Assembly (NCBI GenBank): GCA_963715985.1
Contig: CAVQSP010000010.1
Span: 128,001 to 192,000, forward strand
DNA: 64,000 nucleotides
Source: an uncultured Thermoleophilia bacterium
GTDB lineage: Bacteria; Actinomycetota; Thermoleophilia; UBA2241
Direction: 5' to 3'
Shown: one piece after another, positions 48,340-60,161 of the stretch
Position numbering within the stretch: position 1 is the stretch's first letter
Layout: every line of letters starts with the position of its first letter
Notes under the pieces: generated by a model
The model's input: the letters and a program-made list of their open reading frames with translations, nothing else
What the model was told of the DNA's origin: nothing
Database searches by the model: none
Position numbers and translations under genes: made by a program

Positions 48340-50899
48340 TCACTCGTACTGGATGGCCTCCAGGATCCTCGTGCCGGCGGCGCGGCGCGCCGGCAGCACC
48401 GCCGCGATCACGCCGACGACCACGGAGAGCACGAGGAAGACCGCGAGCTGCGTGTACGGCAGGCTGAAGGTCAGCCCGTCGCCGCCCAGCTGGGTGACGA
48501 ACACGTAGGCCATGGCGATGCCGACCGCCGTGCCGAGCACCCCGCCGATCACGGCGGTGATGACGCTCTCGTAGCGCACCATCTGGCGGAGCTGTCGCCG
48601 GGTGGCGCCGATGGCGCGCAGCATGCCGATCTCGCGCGTCCGCTCGTGGACGCTCAGCACCAGGGTGTTGACGATGCCGAAGATCGAGATGATGACGCTC
48701 ATCGCGAGCAGACCGTAGAACATCATCAGGATCTGGTCGACCTGCTTGTTGATCGTGTCGAGATACTCGCCCTTGGTCATGACCTTCTGCGTCGGGAAGG
48801 CCGACAGCGCCTTCCGCACCGCGTCCTGCGTCGCTTCGACGTTGGCGCCGTCCTGCATGCGCACCATCGTGATGACGGATGCGGTCGGCAGGTCGAGGGC
48901 CTTGAAGGCGTCCAGGCTGGTGACCATGCCCGTGAACGCCATCTGGTCGCGGTAGAAGCCGAGCACGGTGAACTGGGCCTTCTTGCTGCCCTGCGTCATC
49001 ACGGTGATGGTGTCGCCTGCCTTGACCTTGTCCGCGAGTGGCGAGCCGTCCTCGAGCAGGACGTGGTGGGCGTCAAGCCTGGCGAAGAGGGCGTCGCTGC
49101 CGCCGTGCTTCCAGTCGAGCGCCCAGACGCGGGCGAAGACGGCGGGGTCGACGGCGTAGGCGCTCATGACCCCGCCCTTCTTGACCTTGACATCGGCGTA
49201 GCCGGTGCCGGCGGCGGTGTCGACGCCCTGGACGGCGTCCAGAGAGCGGATGGTCTTCTGCGGCACGCCCATGAACGCGGTGCGGTCCTGTGCGACCAGC
49301 TCTGCCCGCGTGGACTTCTCGATCGCGCCTCCGAACGAGCTCTTCATGAGCCTGGGCGAACACGGCGATGAACACGACCAGGGCGAGGCCGATCATGAGC
49401 GCGGCGGCCGTGGCGGCCGTGCGGCTCGGGTTGCGGCCGGCGTTGTCGCGGGCCAGACGGCCGCTGGTGGGCGCCAGCTTCTCCAGCGGCCAGCCGATGA
49501 CCCGGCTTGCCGGCCGCACGATGTACTTCGCCAGCATCGCGATGGCGACGAAGAGGAGCAGCGCGCCGATGCCCATGGAGAGCAGACGGTTGTTGGTCGC
49601 CCCGTCGCTGAAGATGCCGTAGGCGAGCGAGGCGGCGCCGAGGGCGGCGATGGCCACGGCGATCGCCGTCGTGAACTTCGTGAAGCGGGTCGGCGGCAGG
49701 GCCGCGCCCTCCTGGAGGGCGGCCACCGGCGGTACGCGCGTCGCGCGCATGGCCGGAGCCAGGGCGGAGACCAGGGTCACGCCGACGCCGACGAGTGCGG
49801 CGATGAGGATCGTCCGCGGCTCGAGGGCGATGCCGGCGGTCGGGATGTCGGCACCCATCGCCTTGAAGAGCGCGTTGATGCCCTTGGCGACGCCGAGGCC
49901 GGCGACGATGCCGGCGGCGGAGGCGAGTACGCCCAGCGTGAGCGCCTCGGCGACCACGGAGCGGAGCACCTGGCGCCGGCTGGCGCCGAGGGCGCGCAGC
50001 ATGGCGAACTCGCGGCGCCGCTGCGCCACAGTGATGCTGAAGGCGTTGAAGATGATGAACGCGCCGACGAAGACGGAGACGCCGGCGAACGCGAGGAGGA
50101 TCGGCGTGAGGAAGCCGGTGATGGAGGCGGCCGTTTCGCTGGTCGCGTCGGCGGCCGCCTGCTCGCCGGTCTTGACACTCACCGTCGCCGGCACGACGGT
50201 CTTGACGCGCGCGGCGAGCTCCTTGGGGGTCACGCCGGGGTCGGCGGCGATCGAGACGCCGCTCAGCTTGCCCGGCTCGCGGCCCCAGCGCTGCACGTCC
50301 TGCAGCCTGCCGGCGATCACGATGGTGCCGCCCATGGAGCCGGACTCGCCCCACGTGAACACGCCGGTGACCTTGACGTGCTGCAGGCCGGCCGCGGCGG
50401 CGACGTCGAAGCTGTCGCCCGGCTTCAGGCCTTCCTTGTCGGCGAAGCTCTTGATGATGCTGACTTCGTTGGCTGCCTGCGCGTCGCGCCCGGCGACGAG
50501 ACGGGCCTGGTTGAAGGGCGGGCCCGGGTTCGTGGTCAGCAGGGTCGGGGCGCCGCCGGTCTGGACGGTCTTGCCGTCCACGATCGCGGCGCCCAGCGTC
50601 TGGTACGTGCCGGCGGCCCTGGCGACGCCCGGCACCCCCTGGATCTGCGCGAGCATCGTGGTGTTCAGCGTCTGTGGGGTGGTGCCGCTGCTGTCCATCG
50701 CGGTGAACGCCGTCTTGGGTGACACCTGCACGGCGGTACCTTTGAACGACGTCTGGAAGATGTTGGCGAATCCGTTGTCGATCTGATCTGTCAGCACGTA
50801 CGTGCCGGTGATCATCGCCACGCCGAGCAGGATCGCCAGAAGCGTGAGGACGGTCCGGAGTGGCCGGCTGGCCAGGCTGCGGAAGGCGAGGCGGGTCAT
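48340..50899 (-). CDS. FtsX/MacB-like ABC permease, frameshift near 49348
   Basis: [58 protein letters not shown]. Confidence 0.85.
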
Positions 50900-51738
50900 C
50901 GGACCACCTCGAGATTCTTGATGGTGTCGTAGATGGCGTCGCGGGTCATGCGGTCCTCGTCCAGCTCGATGAGGCCGTCTTTGAGGAAGACGACGCGGTC
51001 GGCGATGCTGGCCGCGCTGGCGTCGTGCGTGACCATGATCACGGTCTGGCCGAACTCGTCGACGCTGCGGCGGAGCAGGTCGAGGACCTCGCCGCCGGTA
51101 CGCGAGTCGAGGTTGCCGGTGGGCTCGTCGGCGAACAGGACGGCCGGCCGGGTGATGAGCGCGCGGGCGACGGCGACGCGCTGCTGCTGGCCGCCGGAGA
51201 GCTCGGAGGGACGGTGCGTGAGGCGGTCCTGCAGGCCGACGGCCTCGATGACCGCGCGCCGCCAGGCCTCGTCCGCGCGGCGGCGGGCGAGCGAGAGCGG
51301 CAGGACGATGTTCTCGTCCGCGGTCAGCGTCGCCAGCAGGTTGAAGCTCTGGAAGATGAAGCCGATCTTGTCGCGGCGCAGCTGCGTGAGCTTCTTCTCC
51401 TTGAGCCGGGTGATCTCGACGCCGTCGATGCTGACCCGGCCACTCGTCGGCTGGTCGAGGCCGGCGAGGATGTGCATGAGCGTGCTCTTGCCGGAGCCGG
51501 AGGGGCCCATGATGGCCGTGAGCCGGCCCTCGGTGATGTCGATGTCGACGTCGCACAGGGCGTGCACGGCGGCGTCGCCCTTGCCGTAGGTGCGCGAGAG
51601 GCCGCGCGCCGTGACGACGGCGCGGCCGGGACCCCGCTCGGTGAAGAGCGACTCGCCGGTGAACTCATGCTCGAGCCGGGCGAGCGTCTCAGTAGCCTGG
51701 TCGATTCGTTCGCGCTCGGGAATGGTGGTGGTCTGCAT
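50896..51738 (-). CDS. ABC ATP-binding protein (LolD/MacB-like)
   Basis: [31 protein letters not shown]. Confidence 0.92.
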   Translation of the reverse strand: MQTTTIPERERIDQATETLARLEHEFTGESLFTERGPGRAVVTARGLSRTYGKGDAAVHALCDVDIDITEGRLTAIMGPSGSGKSTLMHILAGLDQPTSGRVSIDGVEITRLKEKKLTQLRRDKIGFIFQSFNLLATLTADENIVLPLSLARRRADEAWRRAVIEAVGLQDRLTHRPSELSGGQQQRVAVARALITRPAVLFADEPTGNLDSRTGGEVLDLLRRSVDEFGQTVIMVTHDASAASIADRVVFLKDGLIELDEDRMTRDAIYDTIKNLEVVR

Positions 51739-52023
51739 GATGTCTCCTCCTGAGTGACTTGCCTGAGGAGAACCTACGACCGCCGGTCGCGCTGCGAATC
51801 GCCCGGCGGTGGTCAATCGTGCGGGCGCCGGGGAGGGATATTCGCGCCCGCGCGCCGGCCCCGGTGGGGGGCGGGCGGCTACCCCGCCCGGGAGAGCCGG
51901 TCGCGGCAGGGGTACGCGGCCGGGGCGAGATGTGCGAAGGGCGGCGAGGCCTCAGCCTCGCCGCCCTTCGCACACACTACCCCGGCCGGGGTAGGCCGGA
52001 CTCTTGTTGCGGATGCCGCGCCG

Positions 52024-55000
52024 CTACTTGGCCGCGGCCCCGCGGTGCCTTGCCGTGATCTGCTCGGCCTCGCCGGGGGCGAGCTTCTCCATCTTGACGG
52101 CGCAGACCTTGAACTCCGCCGTCTTGGTCACGGGGTCGCCGGCCGAGTTGGTGAGCTCGTTGACCGGCGACTCCTTGTAGTGGAACGTCATGAACGTGAC
52201 GCCCGGAGCCACGCGGTCGGTGACCTGGATCCGCGTCGTGATGGAGCCGCGGCGCGAGCTCACGCGGATGAGCTCGCCGTCCTCGAAGCCGTACCGCGCC
52301 GCGTCCTCGGGGTTGACCATGGCCAGCTCCCACGGGCGCAGCATCTCGAGGCTCGCCGAGATGCGCGTGGAGATGTTGTACTGGTAGAGCATGCGGCCCG
52401 TGGTGAGCAACGTGGGGTACTCGTCGTCCACGATCTCCGCCGGGGGCTGGAAGGGGATGCCCTGCAGCAAGCCCTTGCCGCGCGTGAACTTGCCCTGGTG
52501 AAGGAACTGCGTGCCGGGGTGGTCCGGAGTCGGGCACGGCCACTGGACGCCGCCCTCGTTCTCGATGCGCTCCCACGTGATGCCGCCGAAGGTCGGGACG
52601 AGTCTGCTGACCTCCTGGAAGACCTCCTCGGGGGAGTTGAAAGGCATCGGGTAGCCGAGCCGCGCGGCCAGGTCGAGGATGATCTCCCAGTCCGGACGGC
52701 ACTCTCCCGGCGGGTCCACGGCCTTACGCACGCGCTGCACGCGGCGCTCGGTGTTGGTGAAGGTGCCGTCCTTCTCGGCGTACAGCGCGGCCGGGAGGAA
52801 GACGTCGGCGTGCGTGGCCGTCTCCGTCATGAAGATGTTCTGCACGACGAGGAGGTCCAGGCTCTGCAGTGCCCTGCGCACATGGTTGGCGTCGGCGTCG
52901 GTGAGGGCCGGGTCCTCGCCCATCACGAACATGGCCTTGAGCTTGCCCTCCACGGCGGCGTCGAGCATCTCGGGGATGCGCAGGCCGACCTTGTCCGGCA
53001 TCGGCACGCCGTAGGCCTCCGAGAACTTGGCCTTGGCGGCCTCGTCGAGCACGCTCGGGTAGCCGGGGAAGGAGTTGGGCAGGGCGCCCATGTCGCAGGA
53101 GCCCTGCACGTTGTTCTGGCCGCGCATGGGGTTGACGCCGGCGTTTGGCTTGCCGATGTGGCCGGTGACCATGCCGAGGTTGGCCAGGTTCATCACGTTG
53201 GCCGTGCCCACCGTGTGCTCGGTGATGCCCAGCGTGTAGAAGATGCCGGCCTTCTCGGTCTTGGCGTACAGCTCGGCGGCCGCGACGATCTGCTCGGCGG
53301 GGATGCCGGTGATCTCGGAGGCCCGCTCGGCCGGGTAGTCCTTGACCGTGTCCCACAGGTCGTCCCAGCCCTCACAGCGTTCGTCGATGTACGCCTGGTC
53401 GTGCCAGCCGTTGGTGATGATGGTGTGCAGCACGCCGTTGACGAACGCGTTGTCCGTACCCGGCCTGATCTGCAGCCACATGTAGGCGTGGTCCGCAAGC
53501 TCGGTACGCCGTGGGTCGATGACGATGAGCTTGGCGCCGCGGGCCGCGGCCTGCTTCATCTTGTTGCCGATGATCGGGTGCGCCTCGGTGGCGTTGGACC
53601 CGATGATGAAGAGCACGTCGTCACCGACGATCTCCCCGATGGAGTTCGTCATTGCGCCTGAACCGAGCGTGGCGGCCAGACCGGCCACCGTTGGAGCGTG
53701 TCAGGTACGTGCGCAGTGGTCTATGGAGTTCGTGTTGAGACCCGCCCTCGTGAGTCTCTGCAGGAGGTAGTTCTCCTCGTTGGTGCAGCGGGCCGAGCTG
53801 AGCACGCCGATGGCGTCCGGCCCGTCCTCCTCCTTGATGCGCAGGAGCCGCTCGGCCACGTAGTCGAGGGCCTCGTCCCAGGTGGCCTGCTCCCAGATGC
53901 CGCCGCGCTTGATGAGCGGGTGCGTGATGCGCTCCGGGCTGTCGATGAGGTCGGTGTGGAAGCGGCCCTTGACGCACAGCGAGCCCTGGTTGACCGGGGC
54001 GTCGTAGGCGGCGGTGACGCCGACCACCTTGCCGTCGACCACGTTGAGGTCGAAGTTGCAGCCCACGCCGCAGAACGGGCAAGTGGTGCGCACCTTGCTG
54101 CGCTCGAAGGCGCGCGTGCGCGTGAGCTGGCGGTTCGTGAGCGCACCCGTGGGGCACATGTCCACGCACTGCCCGCAGAAGCGGCAGAACGAGGTGTCGA
54201 GCTGGTGGTCGAACGGCCCGGCGATCTTGGCGTTGAAGCCGCGCTGGGTGAAGTTGATGGCCTCGGTGACCTGCACCTCGCGGCACACGCCCACGCACTT
54301 GCCGCAGAGGATGCAGCGCTTGGGGTCGTAGGCGATGAGCGGCTGCTCCTCGTAGGCGTCGTAGTCGCGGGCCTCGGCGCCCTGGAAGCGGTTGTCGAAG
54401 ACCTCGTACTCGATGCCGAGGCATTGCAGCTCGCAGTCGCCGTGCGCCTCGCACGTGCACTGCAGGCACAGCTGGGCGCCGCGTACTGCCTCGTCCTCGG
54501 GGAAGCCGAGCTCGATCTGCTCGAAGGTGGTCTTGCGGTCCTCGGGCCAGAGCTTGGGCATGTGCGCCGGGGCGCTGATCTCGGAGATGCCGGCGTTGAT
54601 GTCGATGAACACGGGCGGCACCTCGGCCATGCGGCGGATGCGCGGGTCGATGCCGCCCTTGGCGTCGAGCGCCTCGAGGAACGGCGTGCGGCGCAGGTCG
54701 TGGAGCTGCTGCGAGATGGCCTTCATGTCGTCGCCGCGCAGGTAGGCGTCCATGCTCCAGGCCGCCTTCTTGCCCTGGGCGACGGCCTGGATCACGGTCT
54801 GGGCGCCGAGCACGGCGTCACCGCCGGCGAAGACCTGCGGGTCGCCGGTCTGCAGCGTCCAGTCGTCTACCTGGATGGTGCGCCAGCGCGTGTGGGCGAT
54901 GCCCTGCTCCTCGCCGGCGCCGTCCAGCAGCGGGAACTGGCCGGTGGCGCTGATGATCTGGTCGCATTCCACGACGAACTCGGAGTCCTCGAGGGGCACA

Positions 55001-56286
55001 GGGCGCCGGCGGCCGGAGGCGTCCGGCTCACCGAGCTCCATGCGGATCAACTCGATGCCGTGCACGTTGCCGGCGTCGTCGGTGAGCACGCGCACCGGCG
55101 CCACCTGCAGGACCATGCGCACGCCCTCCTCCTCGGCCTCGTCGACCTCGGTGTGGTGGGCGGGCATCTCCTTGCGCGAGCGCCGGTAGAGGCACGTGAC
55201 CTCGTCGGCGCCCAGGCGCACGGCGGTGCGGCAGGCGTCCATGGCGGTGAAGCCGCCGCCGATGACGCTGACCTTCTTGCCGACCGCGACAACGCCGTGG
55301 CGCTCGTAGTCGCCGAGGAAGTCGACGGCCGTCACGCTGCCGGGGGCCTCCTCGCCGGGGATGTTCATGGTGTTGGAGTTGAAGGCGCCCAGGGCGAGGA
55401 AGACGACGTCGTACTCGGCCTTGAGGTCCTCGAGCTGGAAGTCGGTGCCCAGGCGCACGCCCGTCTGGATCTCCACGCCCATGCGCCAGAGGATGTTGAT
55501 CTCGGCCTCCAGGATGTCGCGCGGCAGGCGGTACGACGGGATGCCGTAGCGGAGCATGCCGCCCGGCTTGGGCTGCGCCTCGAAGATCTTGACGGCGTGG
55601 CCCTCGAGGCGGGCGTAGAAGGCGGCGGCGAGGCCGGCGGGCCCGCCGCCCACGATGGCGATCTTCTTGCCGGAGTCCGGCTTGGGCTCGGCCGGCAGCA
55701 GCAGCTCGCCGGTCTGCTCGGCCGGGCGCGTCTGGTCGGCCATGAAGCGGTGCAGCTGGCAGATGGTGATGGGCTCCTCCACCAGCTGGCGGCGGCACGG
55801 GCCCTCACAGGGCCGCGGGCAGACGCGTCCGAGGATGCCGGGGAAGGGCAGGTCCTGACGCAGCACGCGCATGCCGCCCTCGTAATCCCGCTCGGCGATG
55901 CGGCCGAGGAAGTCGGGGATCTTGATGTGCGTGGGGCAGGCGTCGCGGCAGGGCGGCGTGCAGTACGACGTGTGGTCGCTGAAGATGAGCTCCAGGTTGA
56001 GCTGGCGGATGGCGCGCAGCTCCGCCGTCTGCGTGGTGATGACCATGCCGTCCACGGCCGGCGTGTCGCAGGCGGTGACCGGGTCCTTGCGGCCCTCCAC
56101 CTCGACGATGCACAGGCGGCACGCCGAAGCGACGTGCAGCGTGTCGTGGTAGCAGAGGGTGGGGATGGTGACGCCGGCCACCCGGGCGGCCTCGAGGATG
56201 CTGGAGCCCTCGGGGACGATGACGGGGTGGCCGTCGACGGTGAGCGCGATCACGTCGGTCGCGCGTGAGGCTGCGGACTCGGTCAC
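52024..56286 (-). CDS. fdhF: Selenocysteine formate dehydrogenase alpha fused to [2Fe-2S], GltD-like and ferredoxin domains, 1420 aa, Sec862
   Basis: In-frame TGA at 53703-53701 in DHCART-U-HAPTV; CPFCGVGC, LCVKG, RGQNNVQG; the two ORF-track halves are in frame; GGAG RBS before GTG at 56286. Confidence 0.9.
53671..53703 (-). promoter_or_regulatory. Bacterial SECIS element
   Basis: UGA CACGCUCCAAC GGUGGCC-GGUCU-GGCCGCC: hairpin 11 nt after the UGA, resembling the E. coli fdhF SECIS. Confidence 0.85.
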
Positions 56287-56493
56287 AGCAACTCCATTCG
56301 CTCGCTCGGCACTGGCACCTCGGTCGCACACGCGGCGGCCGGCGCTCCCACGGGAGGCCGTCGCTCGGCCGGATGCCGGCCGGCGAAGGCCGCCTCCACA
56401 GACGGACACTTCCCGAGCGGTCCAGGCGCCCGAGAAGCAGATACAGTGTACAACGCGCGAGGCTGGGGTTGAAGCGCGGCGCTCGAGCGCTGT

Positions 56494-57177
56494 TCAGCCG
56501 GCGGCGCGCTCCGCGCGGGCGCGGATGCCGCGCAGCATCCCCCGCTCCATGAGCAGGTGCGCCGGCCCGAGCATCACGCCGCGGGCGGCGCGCGCCGACA
56601 CAGTGTCGGCCCACGCCGCCCGCGAGCGCACGAGCAGGCGCGTGCTCGCGGGGCCCGGCGTCTGGAGCACGAAGGCCCAGGTCCACTCGATCTCGCCCTT
56701 GAAGAAGTCCCCGGGCCCCTGAGGAGGCTCGCCGGGCGCGCCGCTGCGCAGCACGAGGGCGCGCTCGGGCTCCAGCGTGACGATGGTCATCTTCATGACC
56801 CCGTCCGGGTCCAGCGTGATGAAGTCCTCGCCGGCGCGCAGGTGCTGCCATTCGGGCCGGACTTCGTCGGCGTTGCGGATCTTGAGGCCGGCGAGGTTCT
56901 CCAGGCGGGCGTAGCTGTAGAAGCCGCCGCGATTCTGGCCCAGCTGCAGGAGCCAGGGCCAGACGGCGGCGGCCGGCGCCGCGATGGTGATGGCGCGCGT
57001 CGTCACGTAGAGCGGGTTGTCGATGAGCTCGTCGCCGGGCAGCGGCGCTACGACCTCATCCCACGTGGCGCCCCAGTCCATGACGCGCGGTCGTGCCTCG
57101 GACCAGATCGCCGCGACCGCGCCGGTCACCGCCGCCCCGGCCAGAAGTGCCACCCCTACCGTGCGTCTCATGGTCAC
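56494..57177 (-). CDS. SRPBCC-like hypothetical protein, paralog of 36607-37245
   Basis: WGAT.DEV..PLPGDE...TRAITI.A....VWPWLLQLGQ.RGGFYSY...MERGML.GI..RAE. Confidence 0.72.
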   Translation of the reverse strand: MTMRRTVGVALLAGAAVTGAVAAIWSEARPRVMDWGATWDEVVAPLPGDELIDNPLYVTTRAITIAAPAAAVWPWLLQLGQNRGGFYSYARLENLAGLKIRNADEVRPEWQHLRAGEDFITLDPDGVMKMTIVTLEPERALVLRSGAPGEPPQGPGDFFKGEIEWTWAFVLQTPGPASTRLLVRSRAAWADTVSARAARGVMLGPAHLLMERGMLRGIRARAERAAG

Positions 57178-57203
57178 GCCTCCCTGCCGCCGTCACCGGC
57201 AGC

Positions 57204-57787
57204 TTACCCGCCTGCAGCGACGATCTCGCGCGCGAGAGATACAGCCACCACCTCGGCGCCGGCCTCGGTGAAGTGGACGCCGTCCACCGTGAAGGGGCCG
57301 CGCCCGGCCGCCGCCGCCTCCGCGAACGCCGGGCGCAGGTCCAGGGTGCGTGCCGCGGGCCACGCGCCGGCGCAGCTCGCGAAGGCGTCGCCGAGCTCGT
57401 CGGCGTGAGCCTCCCACACCGAGCCCTCCGCCTCCAGCACGAGAGGCCGCACGCACACCATCCGGGGCGCCCGCTCCGCCGTCCATCCAGCACGCGCGCG
57501 TAGTCGGCGGAGATGCCGGCGAGCCGCGACTCCCAGCTCCACGCGGCCGCGTCGCCGGCCGCGTCCCACACCCCGGCGACGGCGTCGTTGACGCCTATCC
57601 ACACGAAGGCGAGGTCGACGGCGCCGGGGTCCTGCCGGGGCGCGCGCCGCAGGAGGTCGGCCACGGAGTCGCCCGCGCGACCGAGGTTGAGCAGCCGGTG
57701 CGCGGCGAACCGCTCCTCGAGCAGCGGGAAGAAGGCGGCGCCCGGCCACCCCTCAGTGAGACTGTCACCCAGGAAGGCGATCCTCAT
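57204..57787 (-). CDS. SGNH/GDSL hydrolase, frameshift near 57485
   Basis: FLGDSLT, NLGRAGD, IGVND / TVDGVHF. Confidence 0.82.
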
Positions 57788-57857
57788 GGACTGAGTCTAC
57801 GCCGGGCACCGCCTCGGTGTAGGCTGTGCGTCGGCGCCCACCCTGTTGCCGAGGACC

Positions 57858-58319
57858 ATGACCATGAGCCAGCAGTATCGCCATACCCAGGTCGGCTGGA
57901 CGATCATCGTGCTCGTGGTCGCCGCCGTGGTCGCCGAGATCCTCCTCGTGGTCGTCCTCGCTCCCGGCAGCACGCTCGCTCTCTCCCTCTCGGGCGCGTT
58001 GGCCGCCATCCTCGCCGTCACGCTGGTCCTGTTCTCCACCCTCACCGTGACCGTGGACGACGCCGCCGTCCGGCTGGCCTTCGGGCTGGAGGCACTGCGT
58101 CGCGAGGTCTCCCTGGACCAGATCGCCGAGGCCCGCAGAGTACGCAACGCCTGGTACTCGGGCTGGGGCGTGCGCGTCATCCCCAACGGCCGCCTGTACA
58201 ACGTGGGCGGGCTGGATGCCGTCGAGCTGCAACTGGACAACGGACGCGTGGTGCGCGTGGGCACCGACGAGCCAGACGTGCTCCTGGCGGCGGTGCAGCG
58301 CGCGCTGCGGGAGAGATAG
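57858..58319 (+). CDS. Membrane protein with bPH-like domain
   Basis: YRHTQ.G, two TM segments, W..GWGVR....RLYNV.G..AVEL...VGTDEP. Confidence 0.7.
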   Translation: MTMSQQYRHTQVGWTIIVLVVAAVVAEILLVVVLAPGSTLALSLSGALAAILAVTLVLFSTLTVTVDDAAVRLAFGLEALRREVSLDQIAEARRVRNAWYSGWGVRVIPNGRLYNVGGLDAVELQLDNGRVVRVGTDEPDVLLAAVQRALRER

Positions 58320-58331
58320 GAGGCGAGAGAG

Positions 58332-58970
58332 GTGAGCCCCAAGCACCGCACTTGCGACGACGCGGCGGGCGTGCCCGACCCCAGCGGCCTCGAGGTCCTG
58401 CTGACACGGCTGATGCTGCACGGCGTCATGAGCGGGGCGTACAGGAAGTGGGTCATCAGCATCGGGCTGCGCGGCGACGAGCGCGTGCTGGACTACGGCA
58501 GCGGCAGCGGCGCCGCCGCGCGGCACCTGGTCAAGGTCCTTGAGGCCGGCGGCGGCCGCCTGACCTGCGCGGACATCTCGCCGGCCTGGCAGGCGGCGTT
58601 GCGCAAGACGCTGGCCGGCTGCGAGGTGGAGTACGCGCTCGGCGACATCCGCCGGCTGGAGCTGCCCGCCGGCTCCTTCGACGTCGTGGTGATGCACTGG
58701 ATGTTCCACGACGTGCCGGCAGCGGACCGCCGCGCCGTCCTCGACGAGCTGGCGCGCCTCCTGCGCCCGGGCGGTCGCCTGGCCACGCGCGAGCCTACGC
58801 GCCGCGACGAGGGCATCCCGGCGGTGCAGCTTCGTGGCCTCCTGAAGGGCGCCGGACTGCGCGAGCTCCGCGGCTTCGAGGCGTCCGCCTTCATGATGGG
58901 GCCGTACTACTCAGGCGTGTGGGAGAAGCCGGAGGCCGCCGAGGCCGCCGAGGGCGGCGACGGGCGCTGA
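58332..58970 (+). CDS. Class I SAM methyltransferase
   Basis: VLDYGSGSG, GSFDVV...FHD, LRPGG. Confidence 0.85.
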   Translation: MSPKHRTCDDAAGVPDPSGLEVLLTRLMLHGVMSGAYRKWVISIGLRGDERVLDYGSGSGAAARHLVKVLEAGGGRLTCADISPAWQAALRKTLAGCEVEYALGDIRRLELPAGSFDVVVMHWMFHDVPAADRRAVLDELARLLRPGGRLATREPTRRDEGIPAVQLRGLLKGAGLRELRGFEASAFMMGPYYSGVWEKPEAAEAAEGGDGR

Positions 58971-59018
58971 GGCGCCGGCCGGCTCCGTCCGCCCAGTCTC
59001 GCCGCCGCCCCGCGGTCC

Positions 59019-60038
59019 TCAGCTCGCCGGCTGCTGCTGCGTGATGCAGTGGATGTTGCCGTCGGCCTTGGCGAGCTCCAGCGTGGGGAGCTGGACCACC
59101 TGCCGGCGCGGGAAGAGGCCGCCTACGATCCGCGCCGCCTCCTCGTCCGCGGCGTCGCCGAACCCCGGCAGCAGCACAGCGCCGTCGGCGACGTAGAAGT
59201 TGACGTAGGAGGGCGAGAGCAGGGCGCCGCGGTACTCCATCCTCGGCGGCGCCGGAAGCTCGACCACCTCGAGGGCGCGCCCGGCCGTGTCGCGCTCCGC
59301 GCGCAGGCGGGCCAGGTTCTCGTGGACGGCCTCGTGCTGAGGGTCCTCGCGGTCGTCGCAGCCCAGCGCGACGACCACGCCGGGTGCCGTGAAGGCCGCC
59401 AGGTTGTCCACGTGCCCGCCGGTGTTGTCGTGCTCCAGCGGGGCCGCCAGCCAGATGACGCGTTCGGCGCCGAGGTATGCGCAGAGGAGGCGCTCCGCCT
59501 CGTCCCTGGACAGTCCCGGGTTGCGGCGGGGGTCCAGGACCACGCTCTCCGTGGTGAGCAGGGTGCCGGCGCCGTCTGTGTGCACGGCGCCGCCCTCGAG
59601 CACCAGCGGCGCCGCGAAGCGCCGCGCCCCCACCAGGTCGAGGATGCGCCGCGCCATGTTGGCGGTGCGCGCGTACTCCGCGTAGATGCCGCCGTAGGCG
59701 TTGAAGCGCCAGTCCACGCCGGCCAGGCCGCCGCGCCCGTCGATGAGGAAGGTCGGCGCGGTGTCACGGGCCCACGAGTCGTCGCTGGGCACTGCGACGA
59801 CGTCGATCTCGGCGCCCGTGGCCGCAAGAGCGCGGCGGGCCGCCGCGGCGTGCTCCGCGTTGGCCGTCATCGTGACCGGCTCGTGGCGGGCGATGGCGTG
59901 CGCGACCTCCACGAACGTGGCGCGCGCCTTCTCGATGTCGTCCCAGTTCTCCGGGCGGCACGGCCAGGCCATCCAGCACCCCGCGTGCGGGGCCCATTCG
60001 GCCGGCATGAAGAAGCCCGCTTCTCGAGGTGTCGTCAC
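59019..60038 (-). CDS. aguA: Agmatine deiminase
   Basis: MPAEW.PH, DSWARD, LEGG.V.TDG.GT, GHVD, SYVNFY, GNIHCITQQ. Confidence 0.92.
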   Translation of the reverse strand: MTTPREAGFFMPAEWAPHAGCWMAWPCRPENWDDIEKARATFVEVAHAIARHEPVTMTANAEHAAAARRALAATGAEIDVVAVPSDDSWARDTAPTFLIDGRGGLAGVDWRFNAYGGIYAEYARTANMARRILDLVGARRFAAPLVLEGGAVHTDGAGTLLTTESVVLDPRRNPGLSRDEAERLLCAYLGAERVIWLAAPLEHDNTGGHVDNLAAFTAPGVVVALGCDDREDPQHEAVHENLARLRAERDTAGRALEVVELPAPPRMEYRGALLSPSYVNFYVADGAVLLPGFGDAADEEAARIVGGLFPRRQVVQLPTLELAKADGNIHCITQQQPAS

Positions 60039-60161
60039 GCCGCTCTCCTCCCGGGGGACCTTGGCAGCCCGCCTCGCGGTCGCGAGCTGCCCGCAGCATA
60101 CCCCGGCCCATACGGGGCCCCGCGCATCGGCTACAGTAAGGGGGGACGGCAAGGAGGGATC

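Noticed and set aside
51977-51994. Perfect 18-bp palindrome CTACCCCGGCCGGGGTAG
   Set aside because: It lies about 30 nt past the fdh stop. It may be a terminator or an operator for the ABC operon, but the sequence alone cannot distinguish these.
53701-53703. FDH pseudogene or two-gene split
   Set aside because: The TGA is at the catalytic Cys/Sec position, in frame, and followed by a SECIS.
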